This document shows positions 1-13,925 of a DNA stretch of 30,562 nt, piece by piece. The position numbers and the translations under genes are program-made. How positions within the stretch are numbered: the stretch's first letter is position 1; each line of letters begins with the position of its first letter. The notes under the pieces were generated by a model. It was given only the letters and a program-made list of their open reading frames with translations, was not told the origin of the DNA and ran no database searches. Origin of the DNA: a virus (taxonomy: Duplodnaviria > Heunggongvirae > Uroviricota > Caudoviricetes); the IMG/VR virus record IMGVR_UViG_2703718870_000021; one strand, written 5' to 3'.

Positions 1-7
1 CATCCAA

Positions 8-40
8 CCGCAGCACGTTCTTGCTTAAGACGTGCTGCGG
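8..40. other. inverted repeat / stem-loop just beyond the 3' end of tfa
   Basis: ccgcagcacg (8-17) is the exact reverse complement of cgtgctgcgg (31-40), with a 13-nt loop; no U-tract on either strand, so not a canonical intrinsic terminator. Confidence 0.3.
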
Positions 41-54
41 CATAATCCCAATGA

Positions 55-639
55 TTACTCCCTGACAGGGTTCGTAGGCCACTCAATATCAGGTGCAGTT
101 GATGTATCAACACGGTTCAGCAACACCCGATACTTTTTCCAGGCTTCCAGCAATGAGGTTTCTTCCTCCGTTGCGATTTCCAGATCCACAGCATCCTGAA
201 GTGGCGCAATATGCTCACTGGCTACCTGCATCAGGCTGTTTTTTGTTTCTTCCGCCTCTCGGATCCGGAACAGTTTTTCTGCTTCTGCATCTTTCACCCA
301 GGCTGTGCCGTTCCACTTCTGAAACTCCCCTTCCGGCGATAACCAGGTAACATTTTCCGGTAACGGACCGAGTTCAGAAATAAATAACGCGTCCCCTGAC
401 GCTACGTCATAAACCGTTTTACCCCGATGGTCTTCAACGAGATGCCACGATGCCTCATCACTGTTGAAAACAGCCACGAAGCCTGCCGGAATATCTGGCG
501 GTGCAATATCGGTACTGTTTGCTGGCAGACCTGTATGAGGCGGAATATATGCATCACCTTCACCAATAAATTCATTAGTTCCGGCCAGCAGATTATAAAT
601 TTTTATGGTCCGTGGTTGTTCACTCATTCTGAATGCCAT
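55..639 (-). CDS. tfa: tail fibre assembly protein Tfa
   Basis: 194-aa ORF beginning [24 protein letters not shown], recognised as near-identical to lambda Tfa; ATG overlaps the stf stop (ATGA). Confidence 0.9.
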   Translation of the reverse strand: MAFRMSEQPRTIKIYNLLAGTNEFIGEGDAYIPPHTGLPANSTDIAPPDIPAGFVAVFNSDEASWHLVEDHRGKTVYDVASGDALFISELGPLPENVTWLSPEGEFQKWNGTAWVKDAEAEKLFRIREAEETKNSLMQVASEHIAPLQDAVDLEIATEEETSLLEAWKKYRVLLNRVDTSTAPDIEWPTNPVRE

Positions 640-3600
640 TATGCAAGCCTCACAATGTAGTTAAATGCGATGTTTTTGACGGTGTTTTCCGCGTTACCAG
701 CAGCGTTAACGGTGATGGTGTGTCCATGTGAGCCAATCGCAACCGAGTGCGTATGAGCACCAATACCGACAGTATGTGCGTGTGCACCTGCGCTTGCAGC
801 AGTGCCGGACAGTGAGTGGGTATGTGCGCCAGCAGATGATGTTGCATAGTTTTGATTATGCACAACAGACAATCTTGTCGATGCACTACCAGCACCGGAG
901 TTAGCACTAGCCGTGTTCACGTTGGCTAGTGAGTGTGTGTGTGCTCCAGCCGAGTTTGTAGAGCCGCTCACACTGTGTGTATGTGCCCCGGTGTTATTCG
1001 TGGATTTAGTGCCGTAATCAAACGACGATGTGGTTTTCGTCCCCAAATCCGTACTGGATGCGCTGGCGCTGTGGGTGTGCGATTTAATGCCGTCCTGTTC
1101 CTGAGATAATACGGCCCGACCACTGGCAGGTTTGCCCTTAATCGTCCAGCCACGCATATCAGGGATCACGCCTGACGGATAAGCGGCTGCAAGTTTCGGG
1201 TAAGCAGATTTGTCAAAAGTCTGCCCCTGCATCAGGGCATAGCCAGACGGAACGGTATCTGATGGCCACGGGATTGGTGCGCCGACTGGGTAGCTTTCTG
1301 GCGGAAGATTTTTCGAGGTATAAACTTCTGCCCAGTCTTCCTCAAAACCATAACCGTCTCTTGAAGAACGGTAGAACAGACCACCATTTCTGTAATGCGC
1401 CTTCATCTGCAAAGTCCGGCAACTTCCGACTCCGGTATAGAAGTTAACCAGAATATAGCTGTCGCCAGAGCGGGTGACATTGTAAGCGCCTGATTCGGCA
1501 TTCCAGGGAACGCCCCCATCCGCATCGGCATACGTATCCGTTGCTCTTCTGGCAAAAGCAGCAACATGCGCAGCGGTTAAAGTGATATCAGTAGAACCAT
1601 CAAACGAAACACCAGATATTTTTATTGCTGTCTGAAGTTTCGTAGCTGTATCAGAATTTCCCTTAATCCCCTTAGGCGAATTAAGTGGTGTATTGATCGT
1701 CACTTCACCTGTTGCGTTATTTACAGCAAATGGTCGAAGACCGTTCCAGCCACCGTACTGGTCGCCTTTATCAGTCATGAGCAAGTAAGTGTTTGCTCCA
1801 TCATTTCGCCATATGACACCGTAATCGCCTGCAATCATCCTTAACGCGTTCTGACTACGGACAATAACTTCATCATTAGCGTAAATCTTATTCCCGCTAA
1901 TATCTGACTTACTCAAAACGGGATACGAACTATAAAATCCATTACCTTGTTTAAAATCTAAAATTAAATTTACAGCAACTGATTCAGAATAAGGATCAGT
2001 TGCGCCAAATTTATAAGTTGTTTCAGCAACAACATAATCAGAAGCAGGTGCAGTAACGGAGAGTCCTTCTTCTAAAAAAGCCTCTACGGGAAATGCCCCA
2101 CCTTCTATATAGAATACGCTGTCTACGGTATCGCCTTTATTACTCATCAGAATGGAATGAATAGCGCGTTCCGATGATGAATAAGCCCAGAACATACCAC
2201 AGGCATAGCTACTCCGGTCCGTCCAGCCGCCTGCGCAAACAAAACCATTAAACTCACAGTTATTCATTCTGTGATTAGCTGTGCGACTTGGCGTTGAAAT
2301 GACAACGCGGGATGCCCGATGGCTGTCATTCCTTTTTATCACTAACGGATAATATTTACCTTCCTGGACACCCGCCGGGGCATTTACCACAACGTATCGC
2401 ATCCCCTTTTTCTGATCCACTTCACCTTTGCTGTAAACATTGATGTTACTCAGGAAGCGGCCCTTGTCGGGAATATCAGCACCGTTCTGGTCTTTCTGCA
2501 GACGTTTCTCTGCATTGTCATAGGCTGCTTTTACTGCCTTTGGCGTTGCCGCCAGCGTTTCAGACGTGCTGTTGGTCGCACTGCTGAGCTGTACTATCCC
2601 CTTTTTCGTCGTGCTCGCATCCTCAAGCGCCACGGCGGATGCAATATCCTCTGCCCGTTTTGCTGCTGTCTCGGCGCGCGTTGCCGCGGATTCCGCCGTA
2701 CTTTTGCTCTGAGCTGCCGCCGTCGCACTGCCAGCTGCCTCTGTCGCCTTCGTGGATGCCGTCGTGGCGCTGCCCTTCGCTGCTGACGCCTGTCTGGTCG
2801 CCTCATCTTTTGAAGCAGACGCCGATGATGCCGATGACGCCGCCGAACTGGCTGACGATGCGGCAGCCGTTTTTGAGGATTCTGCGCTGGTTTCCGACGC
2901 TTTCGCGTTCGTTTCGGATGTCTTCGCTGCGGAAGCTGACCTCGCTGCTGCCGTGGCCTGTTCAGTGGCTTCGCCAGCCTTCGTTGTGGCTGTTGAAGCG
3001 GATGATGCGGCGCTTTCTGCCGACTTTCCGGCAGCGGTGGCACTGGCTGAGGCCTGCCCGGCATTTGTTGACGCGGCGCTGGCAGATGAGGCAGCCGCTG
3101 TTTTTGAGTCTGCTGCTGCGGAGGCACTCTGTGCTGCTGCCGTCTCAGAAGACTTAGCGTTCGTCCCGGACGTTTTTGCCGCCTTCGCGGAATTTCCTGC
3201 CGCCGTAGCCGAGGAAGCTGCACTACTGGCGCTTGATGATGCGTTCGTTTCTGATGATTTTGCCGCCTCTTTTGAAGCCGACGCATCCCTGGCTGAGGTG
3301 GCAGCTTCTGACGCTTTCGTGGTCGCGGTGGATGCAGAAGTGGCGGCTGATTGTTGTGACGCTGCCGCATTCGTTTCTGACGTTTTCGCCGCACCGGCAC
3401 TGGTAGCCGCCGCGCTTTTTGAGGACTCTGCAGCGGCAGCACTTTTTGATGCTTCAGTGGCCTTTGCTGATGCCGTTCCTGCGCTGGAAGACGCTGACTG
3501 AGCCGACGACGCGGCCTGTCCGGCTGACGTGCTGGCTGCGCGTGCTGAGCCTGCAGCATCAGTCGCATGGGTTGCCGCCTCACGGGCTGATGTGCTGGCA

Positions 3601-3998
3601 TCGCTGGCTGACTTCTTCGCGGCTGCTGTGTTCTGTGCCACCGCGGACGCGTTACGCGCCACCTCTTCCACCATCAGTTCAAAACGTCTCAGTGCCTCCG
3701 GACGGGCATCATCCTCCGTCATGGCACCGAGAAAATCATTCAGCGTACCGGGTTGAGAATCTTCATACACGGTGATGGTCCCGGCATGTGACGGCGGGAA
3801 TCCCTCCACCAACAGAATAACGCTGTACTGACCGTACTCAACGTCCATACTGTAACGCCCGGCTTCATCCGGATTTTCTGAGGCCAGCGTGTTCACCACC
3901 ACCGTGTTGCTGTTACGTTTTGCTTTCAGTTGGATTGTGCAGTTCTGTACCGGTTTTCCTGTGCCGTCTTTCAGTACACCTGAAATCTTTACTGCCAT
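639..3998 (-). CDS. stf: side tail fibre protein Stf, long (about 1119 aa) form with Ala/Ser/Thr-rich central repeats and His-x-His C-terminal repeats
   Basis: N-terminus [26 protein letters not shown] matches lambda Stf; the ORF track starts 2 codons upstream at a GTG (4004), I place the start at the ATG at 3998; C-terminus ...[18 protein letters not shown] is lambda-like. Confidence 0.9.
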   Translation of the reverse strand: MAVKISGVLKDGTGKPVQNCTIQLKAKRNSNTVVVNTLASENPDEAGRYSMDVEYGQYSVILLVEGFPPSHAGTITVYEDSQPGTLNDFLGAMTEDDARPEALRRFELMVEEVARNASAVAQNTAAAKKSASDASTSAREAATHATDAAGSARAASTSAGQAASSAQSASSSAGTASAKATEASKSAAAAESSKSAAATSAGAAKTSETNAAASQQSAATSASTATTKASEAATSARDASASKEAAKSSETNASSSASSAASSATAAGNSAKAAKTSGTNAKSSETAAAQSASAAADSKTAAASSASAASTNAGQASASATAAGKSAESAASSASTATTKAGEATEQATAAARSASAAKTSETNAKASETSAESSKTAAASSASSAASSASSASASKDEATRQASAAKGSATTASTKATEAAGSATAAAQSKSTAESAATRAETAAKRAEDIASAVALEDASTTKKGIVQLSSATNSTSETLAATPKAVKAAYDNAEKRLQKDQNGADIPDKGRFLSNINVYSKGEVDQKKGMRYVVVNAPAGVQEGKYYPLVIKRNDSHRASRVVISTPSRTANHRMNNCEFNGFVCAGGWTDRSSYACGMFWAYSSSERAIHSILMSNKGDTVDSVFYIEGGAFPVEAFLEEGLSVTAPASDYVVAETTYKFGATDPYSESVAVNLILDFKQGNGFYSSYPVLSKSDISGNKIYANDEVIVRSQNALRMIAGDYGVIWRNDGANTYLLMTDKGDQYGGWNGLRPFAVNNATGEVTINTPLNSPKGIKGNSDTATKLQTAIKISGVSFDGSTDITLTAAHVAAFARRATDTYADADGGVPWNAESGAYNVTRSGDSYILVNFYTGVGSCRTLQMKAHYRNGGLFYRSSRDGYGFEEDWAEVYTSKNLPPESYPVGAPIPWPSDTVPSGYALMQGQTFDKSAYPKLAAAYPSGVIPDMRGWTIKGKPASGRAVLSQEQDGIKSHTHSASASSTDLGTKTTSSFDYGTKSTNNTGAHTHSVSGSTNSAGAHTHSLANVNTASANSGAGSASTRLSVVHNQNYATSSAGAHTHSLSGTAASAGAHAHTVGIGAHTHSVAIGSHGHTITVNAAGNAENTVKNIAFNYIVRLA

Positions 3999-4009
3999 AT
4001 TCACCCCAC

Positions 4010-4036
4010 AAAAAAGCCCGCCTGAACCGGCGGGCT
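4010..4036 (-). terminator. intrinsic terminator downstream of lom
   Basis: on the minus strand an 8-bp stem (agcccgcc/ggcgggct) is followed by UUUUUU (plus-strand A-run 4010-4015). Confidence 0.55.
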
Positions 4037-4062
4037 GTCATAACACTGTGTTACCTGGCTAA

Positions 4063-4662
4063 TCAGAATTTATAACCGACACCCACGATGAAACCGTCAG
4101 TGCGCCAGTCACCACTGCCGGAGCCTTCATAAGCAATATCAATGGCCACGGATTCGGTCGGGTTAAACTGCACGCCAGCCCCCCACGCCAGAGACGTGTT
4201 GCTGTGGCGACCGTCATCACTTCCGGTCAGCACATCGTGCTTTTTCCCCTTGTTGTCAGTTACGCGGATATAATCTCCGGAGAAAGTCGAAACACGGCTG
4301 TAAGCCATACCCGCCATCGCATACGCGCTGAACCATTCATTCACGCGCACAGACGGCCCCGCCATCACGCTGAACCAGCGGTTACGCACGGAATCTTCAT
4401 GCCAGCGGGTATCGCTGTAACGGGTAAGCTGGCGATTCTTGTCTCCTGCATAGCTGAATGACGTCACCAGCCCCAGTGTGTCCGTAAACTCATAACGGTA
4501 TTTCACGTTAATCCCGTTAAGATCATCGCTGCCGGGAACGTTCGTCCGGGCATGAAGATACCCCGCGCTCAGCGTGGACTGATGTTCAGACGCCCATGCA
4601 GGCGCACCGGATACGGCCAGACAAATGGCTGCGGACAAAATGGCGGCATAAAGTTTACGCAT
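4063..4662 (-). CDS. lom: Lom outer-membrane protein (Ail/Lom family)
   Basis: 199-aa ORF with signal peptide [24 protein letters not shown] and C-terminal aromatic ...GVGYKF; ATG at 4662 preceded by GAGAGGT. Confidence 0.9.
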
Positions 4663-4686
4663 AATTACCTCTCGCTTTTCTGCAAT

Positions 4687-4710
4687 AAAAAAGGCGTCAT
4701 TTCTGACGCC
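4687..4710 (-). terminator. intrinsic terminator downstream of J (tJ-like)
   Basis: minus strand stem GGCGUCA / UGACGCC with 4-nt loop followed by U6 (plus-strand A-run 4687-4692). Confidence 0.55.
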
Positions 4711-4728
4711 CGTTCTGGGTTATAAAAT

Positions 4729-8130
<3,402 letters not shown>

Positions 8131-8187
8131 TCATGCTCCATAAACGATAAAACCGCCCGGAGGCGGTTTCACATAAAACATTTTGCA

Positions 8188-8859
8188 TCAGCGACCAATC
8201 ACCACAACCTGACCACCATCCCCTTCGTCTGCCGTGCTGATCTCCTGAGAAACCACGCGTGACCCCACGCGCATTTCACCGTACAGAACCGGCAGAACAT
8301 TACCCTGGGCAACCATGTTATCCAGGGAGGAGAAATAGGTGTTCTGTTTGCCGTTATCCGTTGTCTGTGTACGGGGAGTTCTGGCTTTCGGTGCCAGCAT
8401 CTGCGCCACACCACCGAGCACCATACTGGCACCGAGAGAAAACAGGATGCCGGTCATACCACCGGCCCCAATGGCTGCCCCCCATGCTGCAAGGGTGGCT
8501 CCGGCGGTAAAGAATGATCCGGCAATGGCGGCAGCCCCCAGGACAATCTGGAATACGCCACCTGACTTGGCCCCGGCGACTCTGGGAACAATATGAATCA
8601 CAGCGCCATCAGGCAGAGTCTCATGTAACTGCGCCGTTAACCCGGACGTGCTGACGTCCCGCCCGGCAATCCGTACCTGATACCAGCCGTCGCTCAGTTT
8701 CTGACGAAACATCGGGAGCTGTGTGGCCAGTGCGCGGATGGCTTCAGCCCCCGTTTTCACACGAAGGTCGATGCGGCGGCCAAATCGTTGCAAATCCCCG
8801 TAAAGGCAGATGCGCGCCATGCCCGGTGACGCCAGAGGGAGTGTGTGCGTCGCTGCCAT
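8188..8859 (-). CDS. I: tail assembly protein I
   Basis: 223-aa ORF, lambda I length; overlaps K by 103 nt out of frame as in lambda. Confidence 0.9.
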   Translation of the reverse strand: MAATHTLPLASPGMARICLYGDLQRFGRRIDLRVKTGAEAIRALATQLPMFRQKLSDGWYQVRIAGRDVSTSGLTAQLHETLPDGAVIHIVPRVAGAKSGGVFQIVLGAAAIAGSFFTAGATLAAWGAAIGAGGMTGILFSLGASMVLGGVAQMLAPKARTPRTQTTDNGKQNTYFSSLDNMVAQGNVLPVLYGEMRVGSRVVSQEISTADEGDGGQVVVIGR

Positions 8860-9500
8860 TTGTCGGTATACCTCTCTCGTTTGCTCAGTTGTTCAGGAAT
8901 ATGGTGCAGCAGCTCGCCATCACCACAGTAAATGGCGGCATGATTCGGCACCGATGAACCAAAACAGCACAGCAGCACATCGCCCGGTTGTGCTGATGAC
9001 AACGGCACCTGATACAGCCCTGTGGCCTCCAGATTATCCAGATAGAGATTCTGACCGTGACGCCACCAGTCATCCTCGCGATGAAAATCCGGCATCTCAA
9101 TCCCCGCCAGATGATAAGCATCCCGGAACAGCGTGTAACAGTCCGTCACCCCGTGCTCAAAGCGCCGCCCGGTGAGATGCGGCACACAGCGGAACTTATG
9201 AATCGTCCCCCGGCAGACCAGCCACCACGGCAAATCACTCTGCACCTGCAGCCGCCGGTCGGCCTCACTCAGCCAGGGCAGACCACCGGGGTGGCTGTGG
9301 ACCAGCGCCACAATCTCACCCTGCATTTCTGCCTGCAGCCAGTCTTCCGGCGACATACGGAAATACGCCTCCGGCTCACCGGAGATATTCACGCAGGGGA
9401 AATATCTTTCCCCCTCCGGCGTGCTTACCACGAAGCCGCACGACTCCGCTGGCGCACATCGCCGGGCGTGCGCCAGAATCGCTGATTCTGTCTGTGTCAT
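8757..9500 (-). CDS. K: tail tip assembly protein K (JAB/MPN plus NlpC/P60 domains)
   Basis: contains HSHPGGLPWLSEAD (JAMM-type motif) and a C-terminal Cys/His region; the ORF is open from the ATG at 9500 (247 aa), while the classical 199-aa lambda K would start at the ATG at 9356. Confidence 0.85.
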   Translation of the reverse strand: MTQTESAILAHARRCAPAESCGFVVSTPEGERYFPCVNISGEPEAYFRMSPEDWLQAEMQGEIVALVHSHPGGLPWLSEADRRLQVQSDLPWWLVCRGTIHKFRCVPHLTGRRFEHGVTDCYTLFRDAYHLAGIEMPDFHREDDWWRHGQNLYLDNLEATGLYQVPLSSAQPGDVLLCCFGSSVPNHAAIYCGDGELLHHIPEQLSKRERYTDKWQRRTHSLWRHRAWRASAFTGICNDLAAASTFV

Positions 9501-9505
9501 GGGAT

Positions 9506-10204
9506 TTACTGCGAAAGTTTGTTAATGGAAAGGAAGCCGCCAAAGTTGCCGACATTATTGCGAAACTTACAGCCACTCAGGCATTTGCTGCATTTATCCT
9601 TCGTGATATCGGACGTCGGCTGGTCATATTCATCCGCGACCGCCGGACCGTTATAACCGCACTCATCACCGCGATAGGTCCAGGTGCAGGTGTTGGCCAG
9701 CATGATGCGCCCCGGAAAAACGGCACCATCCGTTTCAGTCGGCGTGGACAGTACAAAGGAGGCACTGACCGCGCTCAATTCGCTGCACTGCTCGATGCGC
9801 CAGCGGCTAATCACCTCCTGCTCCGGATCGGCGTCGCTGTTTCCGTTGACGAAGTTCACCGCATCCAGAAAACGGGCATAAACCTTACGCCTGACCACCG
9901 TTCCGCCGACCAGACTCTGCAGATCTTCCGCCATCCCGGTGACCATGCCATACAGGTTAGAAACCGTCAGCGTGGGGCGCGTACTGGTGCCTTTGCCATT
10001 CAGTTCGAAACCACTCCCCTGAATGGGATACGCCTGATACTGTCGCCCCTGCCAGGTGACCGGCTCACCTTTTTCGTTCTGCTCATTACAGAAAAAATAA
10101 CGTTCTCCACCAACCTCTGTCAGATCGATTTCCCAGAGCACCACGCTGGCCGACTGCTCCGCACGGGTGCATTCATTCAGTGTTTCCTGTCGGATATCCT
10201 GCAT
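9506..10204 (-). CDS. L: tail tip protein L
   Basis: 232-aa ORF, lambda L length and sequence; stop/start overlap with M. Confidence 0.9.
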   Translation of the reverse strand: MQDIRQETLNECTRAEQSASVVLWEIDLTEVGGERYFFCNEQNEKGEPVTWQGRQYQAYPIQGSGFELNGKGTSTRPTLTVSNLYGMVTGMAEDLQSLVGGTVVRRKVYARFLDAVNFVNGNSDADPEQEVISRWRIEQCSELSAVSASFVLSTPTETDGAVFPGRIMLANTCTWTYRGDECGYNGPAVADEYDQPTSDITKDKCSKCLSGCKFRNNVGNFGGFLSINKLSQ

Positions 10205-10533
10205 CAGTTCACCACCTGTTCAAACTCTGCGCTGAACTCAACACGCAACATACTGACCCGCGACGACCATTTTGCGCAGGTCACCTTTATCTGCCGGTAG
10301 CCATAAGGCGGCGTCCACAGAAAGGATTTCCAGCCCCCGTGCTCAGCCAGAAACGACTCAAGCGCCGTGGCCTCCCAACGGGGAACAGAAAGCGTCACGC
10401 TGTACGTTTTCAGGTCGGCATTCAGCCCGGCAGGCGCTCGCTGGGAATAGCCATCACCAAAGCGCACCTTTCTTACGGAAGGGGCCGAAGCCACATCCAT
10501 ACCGGGTTTCACTTTCCAGCGGAAGGTTTTCAT
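10204..10533 (-). CDS. M: tail tip protein M
   Basis: 109-aa ORF, lambda M length; ATGA overlap with the H stop. Confidence 0.9.
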   Translation of the reverse strand: MKTFRWKVKPGMDVASAPSVRKVRFGDGYSQRAPAGLNADLKTYSVTLSVPRWEATALESFLAEHGGWKSFLWTPPYGYRQIKVTCAKWSSRVSMLRVEFSAEFEQVVN

Positions 10534-13079
10534 CGTCCACCTCCGGAGAACAGACCACCATCGCGCATCTGCCCGGTCACAACATCCATTGCCGCCTTAC
10601 GGGCTACGTCATAAACAGCCTTCAGTGCCTGTGGCCCTATCTGACCGTTCGTGCCGTCGTTGTTAATCACCACATGGTTATTCTGCTCAAACGTCCCGGA
10701 CGCCTGCGACCGGCTGTCCGCCATGCTGCCCGGTGTACCGACATAACCGCCGGTGGCATAGCCGCGCATCAGCCGGTAAAGATTTCCCACGCCAATCCGG
10801 CTGGTTGCCTCCTTCGTGAAGACAAACTCACCACGGTGAACAATCCCCGCTGGCTCATATTTGCCGCCGGTTCCCGTAAACCCTCCGGTCGCAAAATGGA
10901 ATTTCGCCGCAGCTGCCTGAATGGCTGTACCGCCTGACGCTGATGCGCCGCCGCCAATGGCGCTGCCTATACTTCCGACAATCCCCACCATTGCCTGCTT
11001 AAGCAGAATTTCTGTCATCATGGACAGCACGGAACGGGTGAAGCTGCGCCAGTTCTGCTCACTGCCGGTCAGCATCGCCGCCATATTCTGCGCAATACCA
11101 TCAAAGGTCTGCGTGGCAGCACTTTTAACCTGCGACATACTGTCCGTGGCACTCTCTTTCCACTCGCTCCAGCCGGACTTGAGGCCAGCCATCCAGCTCC
11201 CGCGAAGCAGGTCTTCAGCTGCCCAGGTCTTTTTCTGCTCTGACATGACGTTATTTAGCGCCAGCGGATTATCGCCATACTGCTCCTTCAGACGCTGTTC
11301 CGTGGCGTCCCGCGCTGCCTGCCGGTCAGTAAGCCCCCGGTTTTTCGCCTCAATGGCTGCCCGTTTTGCCCGTTGTTGCTGTGCGAACTTATCCGCCTGC
11401 TGCGCCAGCGCGTTCAGGTGCTCCTGATACGTGACCTTATCGCCAAGTACAGCCAGCTGGCGTTTGTACTCCAGCGTCTCATCTTTATGCGCCAGCAGGG
11501 ATTTCTCCTGTGCGGATAGCTGGCGACGTTGTGCCGCCTCCTCCAGTACCGCGAACTGATTTTCCGCCTTCCACAAATCCCGGCGCTGCTGGCTGATTTT
11601 CTCATTCGCTCCGGCATGCTTCTCCAGCGTCCGGAGTTCTGCCTGAAGCGTCAGCAGGGCAGCATGAGCACTGTCTTCCTGACGATCGCCCGCAGACACC
11701 TTCACGCCGGACTGTTTCGGCTTTTTCAGCGTCGCTTCATAATCCTTTTTCGCCGCCGCCATCAGCGTGTTGTAATCTGCCTGCAGGATTTTCCCGTCTT
11801 TCAGTGCCTTGTTCAGTTCTTCCTGACGGGCGGTATATTTCTCCAGCGGTGTCTGCAGCCGTTCGTAAGCCTTCTGCGCCTCTTCGGTATATTTCAGCCG
11901 TGATGCTTCGGTATCGCTCTGCTGCTGCGCATTTTTGTCCTGTTGACTCTGCTGTTCAGCCTTCTTTCGGGCGGCTTCAAGCGCAAGACGGGCCTTTTCA
12001 CGATCATCCCAGTAACGCGCCCGCGCTTCATCGTTAACAAAATAATCATCCTTGCGCAGATTCCAGATGTCGTCCGCTTTCTTAAACGCAGCCTCTGCCT
12101 TAATCAGCATCTCCTGAGCGGTATCAGGACGACCAATATCCAGCACCGCATCCCACATGGATTTGAATGCCCGTGCTGTCCTGTCTGCCCAAGTTTCCAG
12201 CGTGCCCATGTTCTCTTTCAGGCGTCGGGTCTGGTCATCAAACCCTTTCGTTGCGGCCTCGTTCGCCGCCTGCAATGCCCCGGCTTCATCGCCGGAACGC
12301 TGCAACTGAGCAACATACGCAATCTGCTCCGCCGTCACGTTATGGAACTGGCGCGCCATCGCCGTCAGCCCCGACGTCGGGTCAGTGGTCAGCTTCCCGA
12401 AGGCTTCAGCGACCTTGTCCACCTCCACGCCGGATGCAGAGGAGAAACGCGCCACACTCTGGCTGATGGACGCAATCTGAGCCTCACCGCTTACCCCCGC
12501 CTTAACCAGTGCGCTGAGTGACTCGCTGGTCTGGTTAAACGTCAGCCCTGCCGCCTGCCCGGCTCTGGACAGGACCAGCATGCGATCTGCCGTCAGACCT
12601 GACTGATTACCAGAAAGGACCAGCGTTTTGTTGAAATCGGACAGGGTTGAGTTACCCTGATACCAGGCATACGCCAGCGCACCGGTCGCCACCGCCAGCG
12701 AGGTGGCCCCGACCATCGGCAGGGTGATCGCACCGGCAAGCCCCCTGAACATGGGGATCATCCCGCCGAAGGAGTCCTTCACCTGACCACCCTGTTGCAG
12801 CAGGATCAGCCACGGACTCTGCCCGCCTGCAAGCTGCGTGGCCACGTCGGTGAACTGCGCAGGCAGCATACGCATGGCGGCTTTATACTGCCCGACGGAA
12901 ATCCCCGCTTTCTGTGCAGCCAGCGCCTGCCGGCTCATCGACTGTTCAACGACTGCCGCTGTTTTTTTCGCATCACTTTCCGTACCGGAAAAATGACGCC
13001 TGACTCTGGCCATCTGCTCGTCAAATCTGGCCGCATCCAGACTTAAATCAACGACCAGATCGCCTACCGGTTCAGCCAT
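10530..13079 (-). CDS. H: tail tape measure protein H
   Basis: 849-aa ORF beginning MAEPVGDLVVDLSLDAARFDEQ, recognised as lambda H (about 853 aa). Confidence 0.95.
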   Translation of the reverse strand: MAEPVGDLVVDLSLDAARFDEQMARVRRHFSGTESDAKKTAAVVEQSMSRQALAAQKAGISVGQYKAAMRMLPAQFTDVATQLAGGQSPWLILLQQGGQVKDSFGGMIPMFRGLAGAITLPMVGATSLAVATGALAYAWYQGNSTLSDFNKTLVLSGNQSGLTADRMLVLSRAGQAAGLTFNQTSESLSALVKAGVSGEAQIASISQSVARFSSASGVEVDKVAEAFGKLTTDPTSGLTAMARQFHNVTAEQIAYVAQLQRSGDEAGALQAANEAATKGFDDQTRRLKENMGTLETWADRTARAFKSMWDAVLDIGRPDTAQEMLIKAEAAFKKADDIWNLRKDDYFVNDEARARYWDDREKARLALEAARKKAEQQSQQDKNAQQQSDTEASRLKYTEEAQKAYERLQTPLEKYTARQEELNKALKDGKILQADYNTLMAAAKKDYEATLKKPKQSGVKVSAGDRQEDSAHAALLTLQAELRTLEKHAGANEKISQQRRDLWKAENQFAVLEEAAQRRQLSAQEKSLLAHKDETLEYKRQLAVLGDKVTYQEHLNALAQQADKFAQQQRAKRAAIEAKNRGLTDRQAARDATEQRLKEQYGDNPLALNNVMSEQKKTWAAEDLLRGSWMAGLKSGWSEWKESATDSMSQVKSAATQTFDGIAQNMAAMLTGSEQNWRSFTRSVLSMMTEILLKQAMVGIVGSIGSAIGGGASASGGTAIQAAAAKFHFATGGFTGTGGKYEPAGIVHRGEFVFTKEATSRIGVGNLYRLMRGYATGGYVGTPGSMADSRSQASGTFEQNNHVVINNDGTNGQIGPQALKAVYDVARKAAMDVVTGQMRDGGLFSGGGR

Positions 13080-13910
13080 ACCGGACTCCTCCTGCGATCC
13101 CTTCTGATACTGTCATCAGCATTACGTCATCCTCCGTCATGTCCGCCACATCCGGGGAAGCGGGGATAACTTCATTCCCGTCCGGGCCAAAACGAACGCC
13201 TCCGGCAAGCCCTGCCGCTTTCTGCATCAGCACATCATCTTCAGGCTCTTCGTCAGCCTCGCGCCGGTTCAGCAGACTGAAATCCAGCGGATGCATCTCT
13301 GGATCGCTGAAAAACAGGCTGAGCACAGTGTACGTCAGCCCGGAAAAGTGCATATCCAGCAGAACATCATGAAAATAATGGGTACTGTAAAAGCGGTGCC
13401 AGTCGGCATACTCCGTGGATGACATCCCGGCAAGCATGGCGCGCCAGTCGGGTCGCCCCATCTCACGCGCCAGTTTCAGGGCAAAACTCAGCTCACCGTC
13501 GAACACTTTCCCGCAGAAACAGGCTCTGCAGGCCCGGCGTCCTCTGCCTGTTCAGGAGCATCATTCACCACAAACTCATACATACCGGACAGCCGGTACA
13601 CCACGTTTTCAGCATGAGAAATTGCCTCTGTGGGCCAGGTGGTAAGCACTTCCTGCTCAATCTGTTTAACGGCTTCATTCATGGAAGGCAGCTTTGTCTT
13701 CTTCGGATGGTTATGCCACAGGGACATCGCCACCAGAAACGCGCCGGTTCTGATGGCGTCTTCCACAGTAAACTTCCGGTTGCTGTCTGACTCCGCCTGT
13801 TCTGCCTGCCGTTTCATCAGGGCGAGATGCTCAATACGCTGCAGGGCTGACAGTTCAGAAAGCGTGACGGTCACACCGTTATGTTCAAATGATTCGGTTT
13901 TCAGGAACAT
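13072..13910 (-). CDS. T: tail assembly chaperone G-T fusion made by programmed -1 ribosomal frameshift at GGGAAAG
   Basis: slippery heptamer GGGAAAG on the minus strand (plus 13506-13512) at the end of G; the -1 frame continues as KVFDGELSFALKLAREMGRPDW... (the T ORF, 13072-13506). Confidence 0.85.
13488..13910 (-). CDS. G: tail assembly chaperone G
   Basis: 140-aa ORF MFLKTESFEHNGVTVTL... ending ...SAGKCSTVS, matching lambda G. Confidence 0.9.
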   Translation of the reverse strand: MFLKTESFEHNGVTVTLSELSALQRIEHLALMKRQAEQAESDSNRKFTVEDAIRTGAFLVAMSLWHNHPKKTKLPSMNEAVKQIEQEVLTTWPTEAISHAENVVYRLSGMYEFVVNDAPEQAEDAGPAEPVSAGKCSTVS

Positions 13911-13925
13911 CGCTGACTCTCCGGA

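Noticed and set aside
2594-3601. 335-aa minus-strand and 249-aa / 172-aa plus-strand ORFs (2752..3501, 2639..3157) overlapping stf
   Set aside because: Alternative and antisense frames kept open by the codon-restricted Ala/Ser/Thr repeat block of stf; extreme low-complexity products (Arg/Gln/Pro or Ala/Asp/Phe); stf itself is the real gene
9494-10300. 268-aa plus-strand ORF antisense to L and M, and similar plus-strand ORFs across H (10921..12521) and A (22083..22850)
   Set aside because: All lie within and opposite to well-supported structural genes, with no start context; treated as spurious
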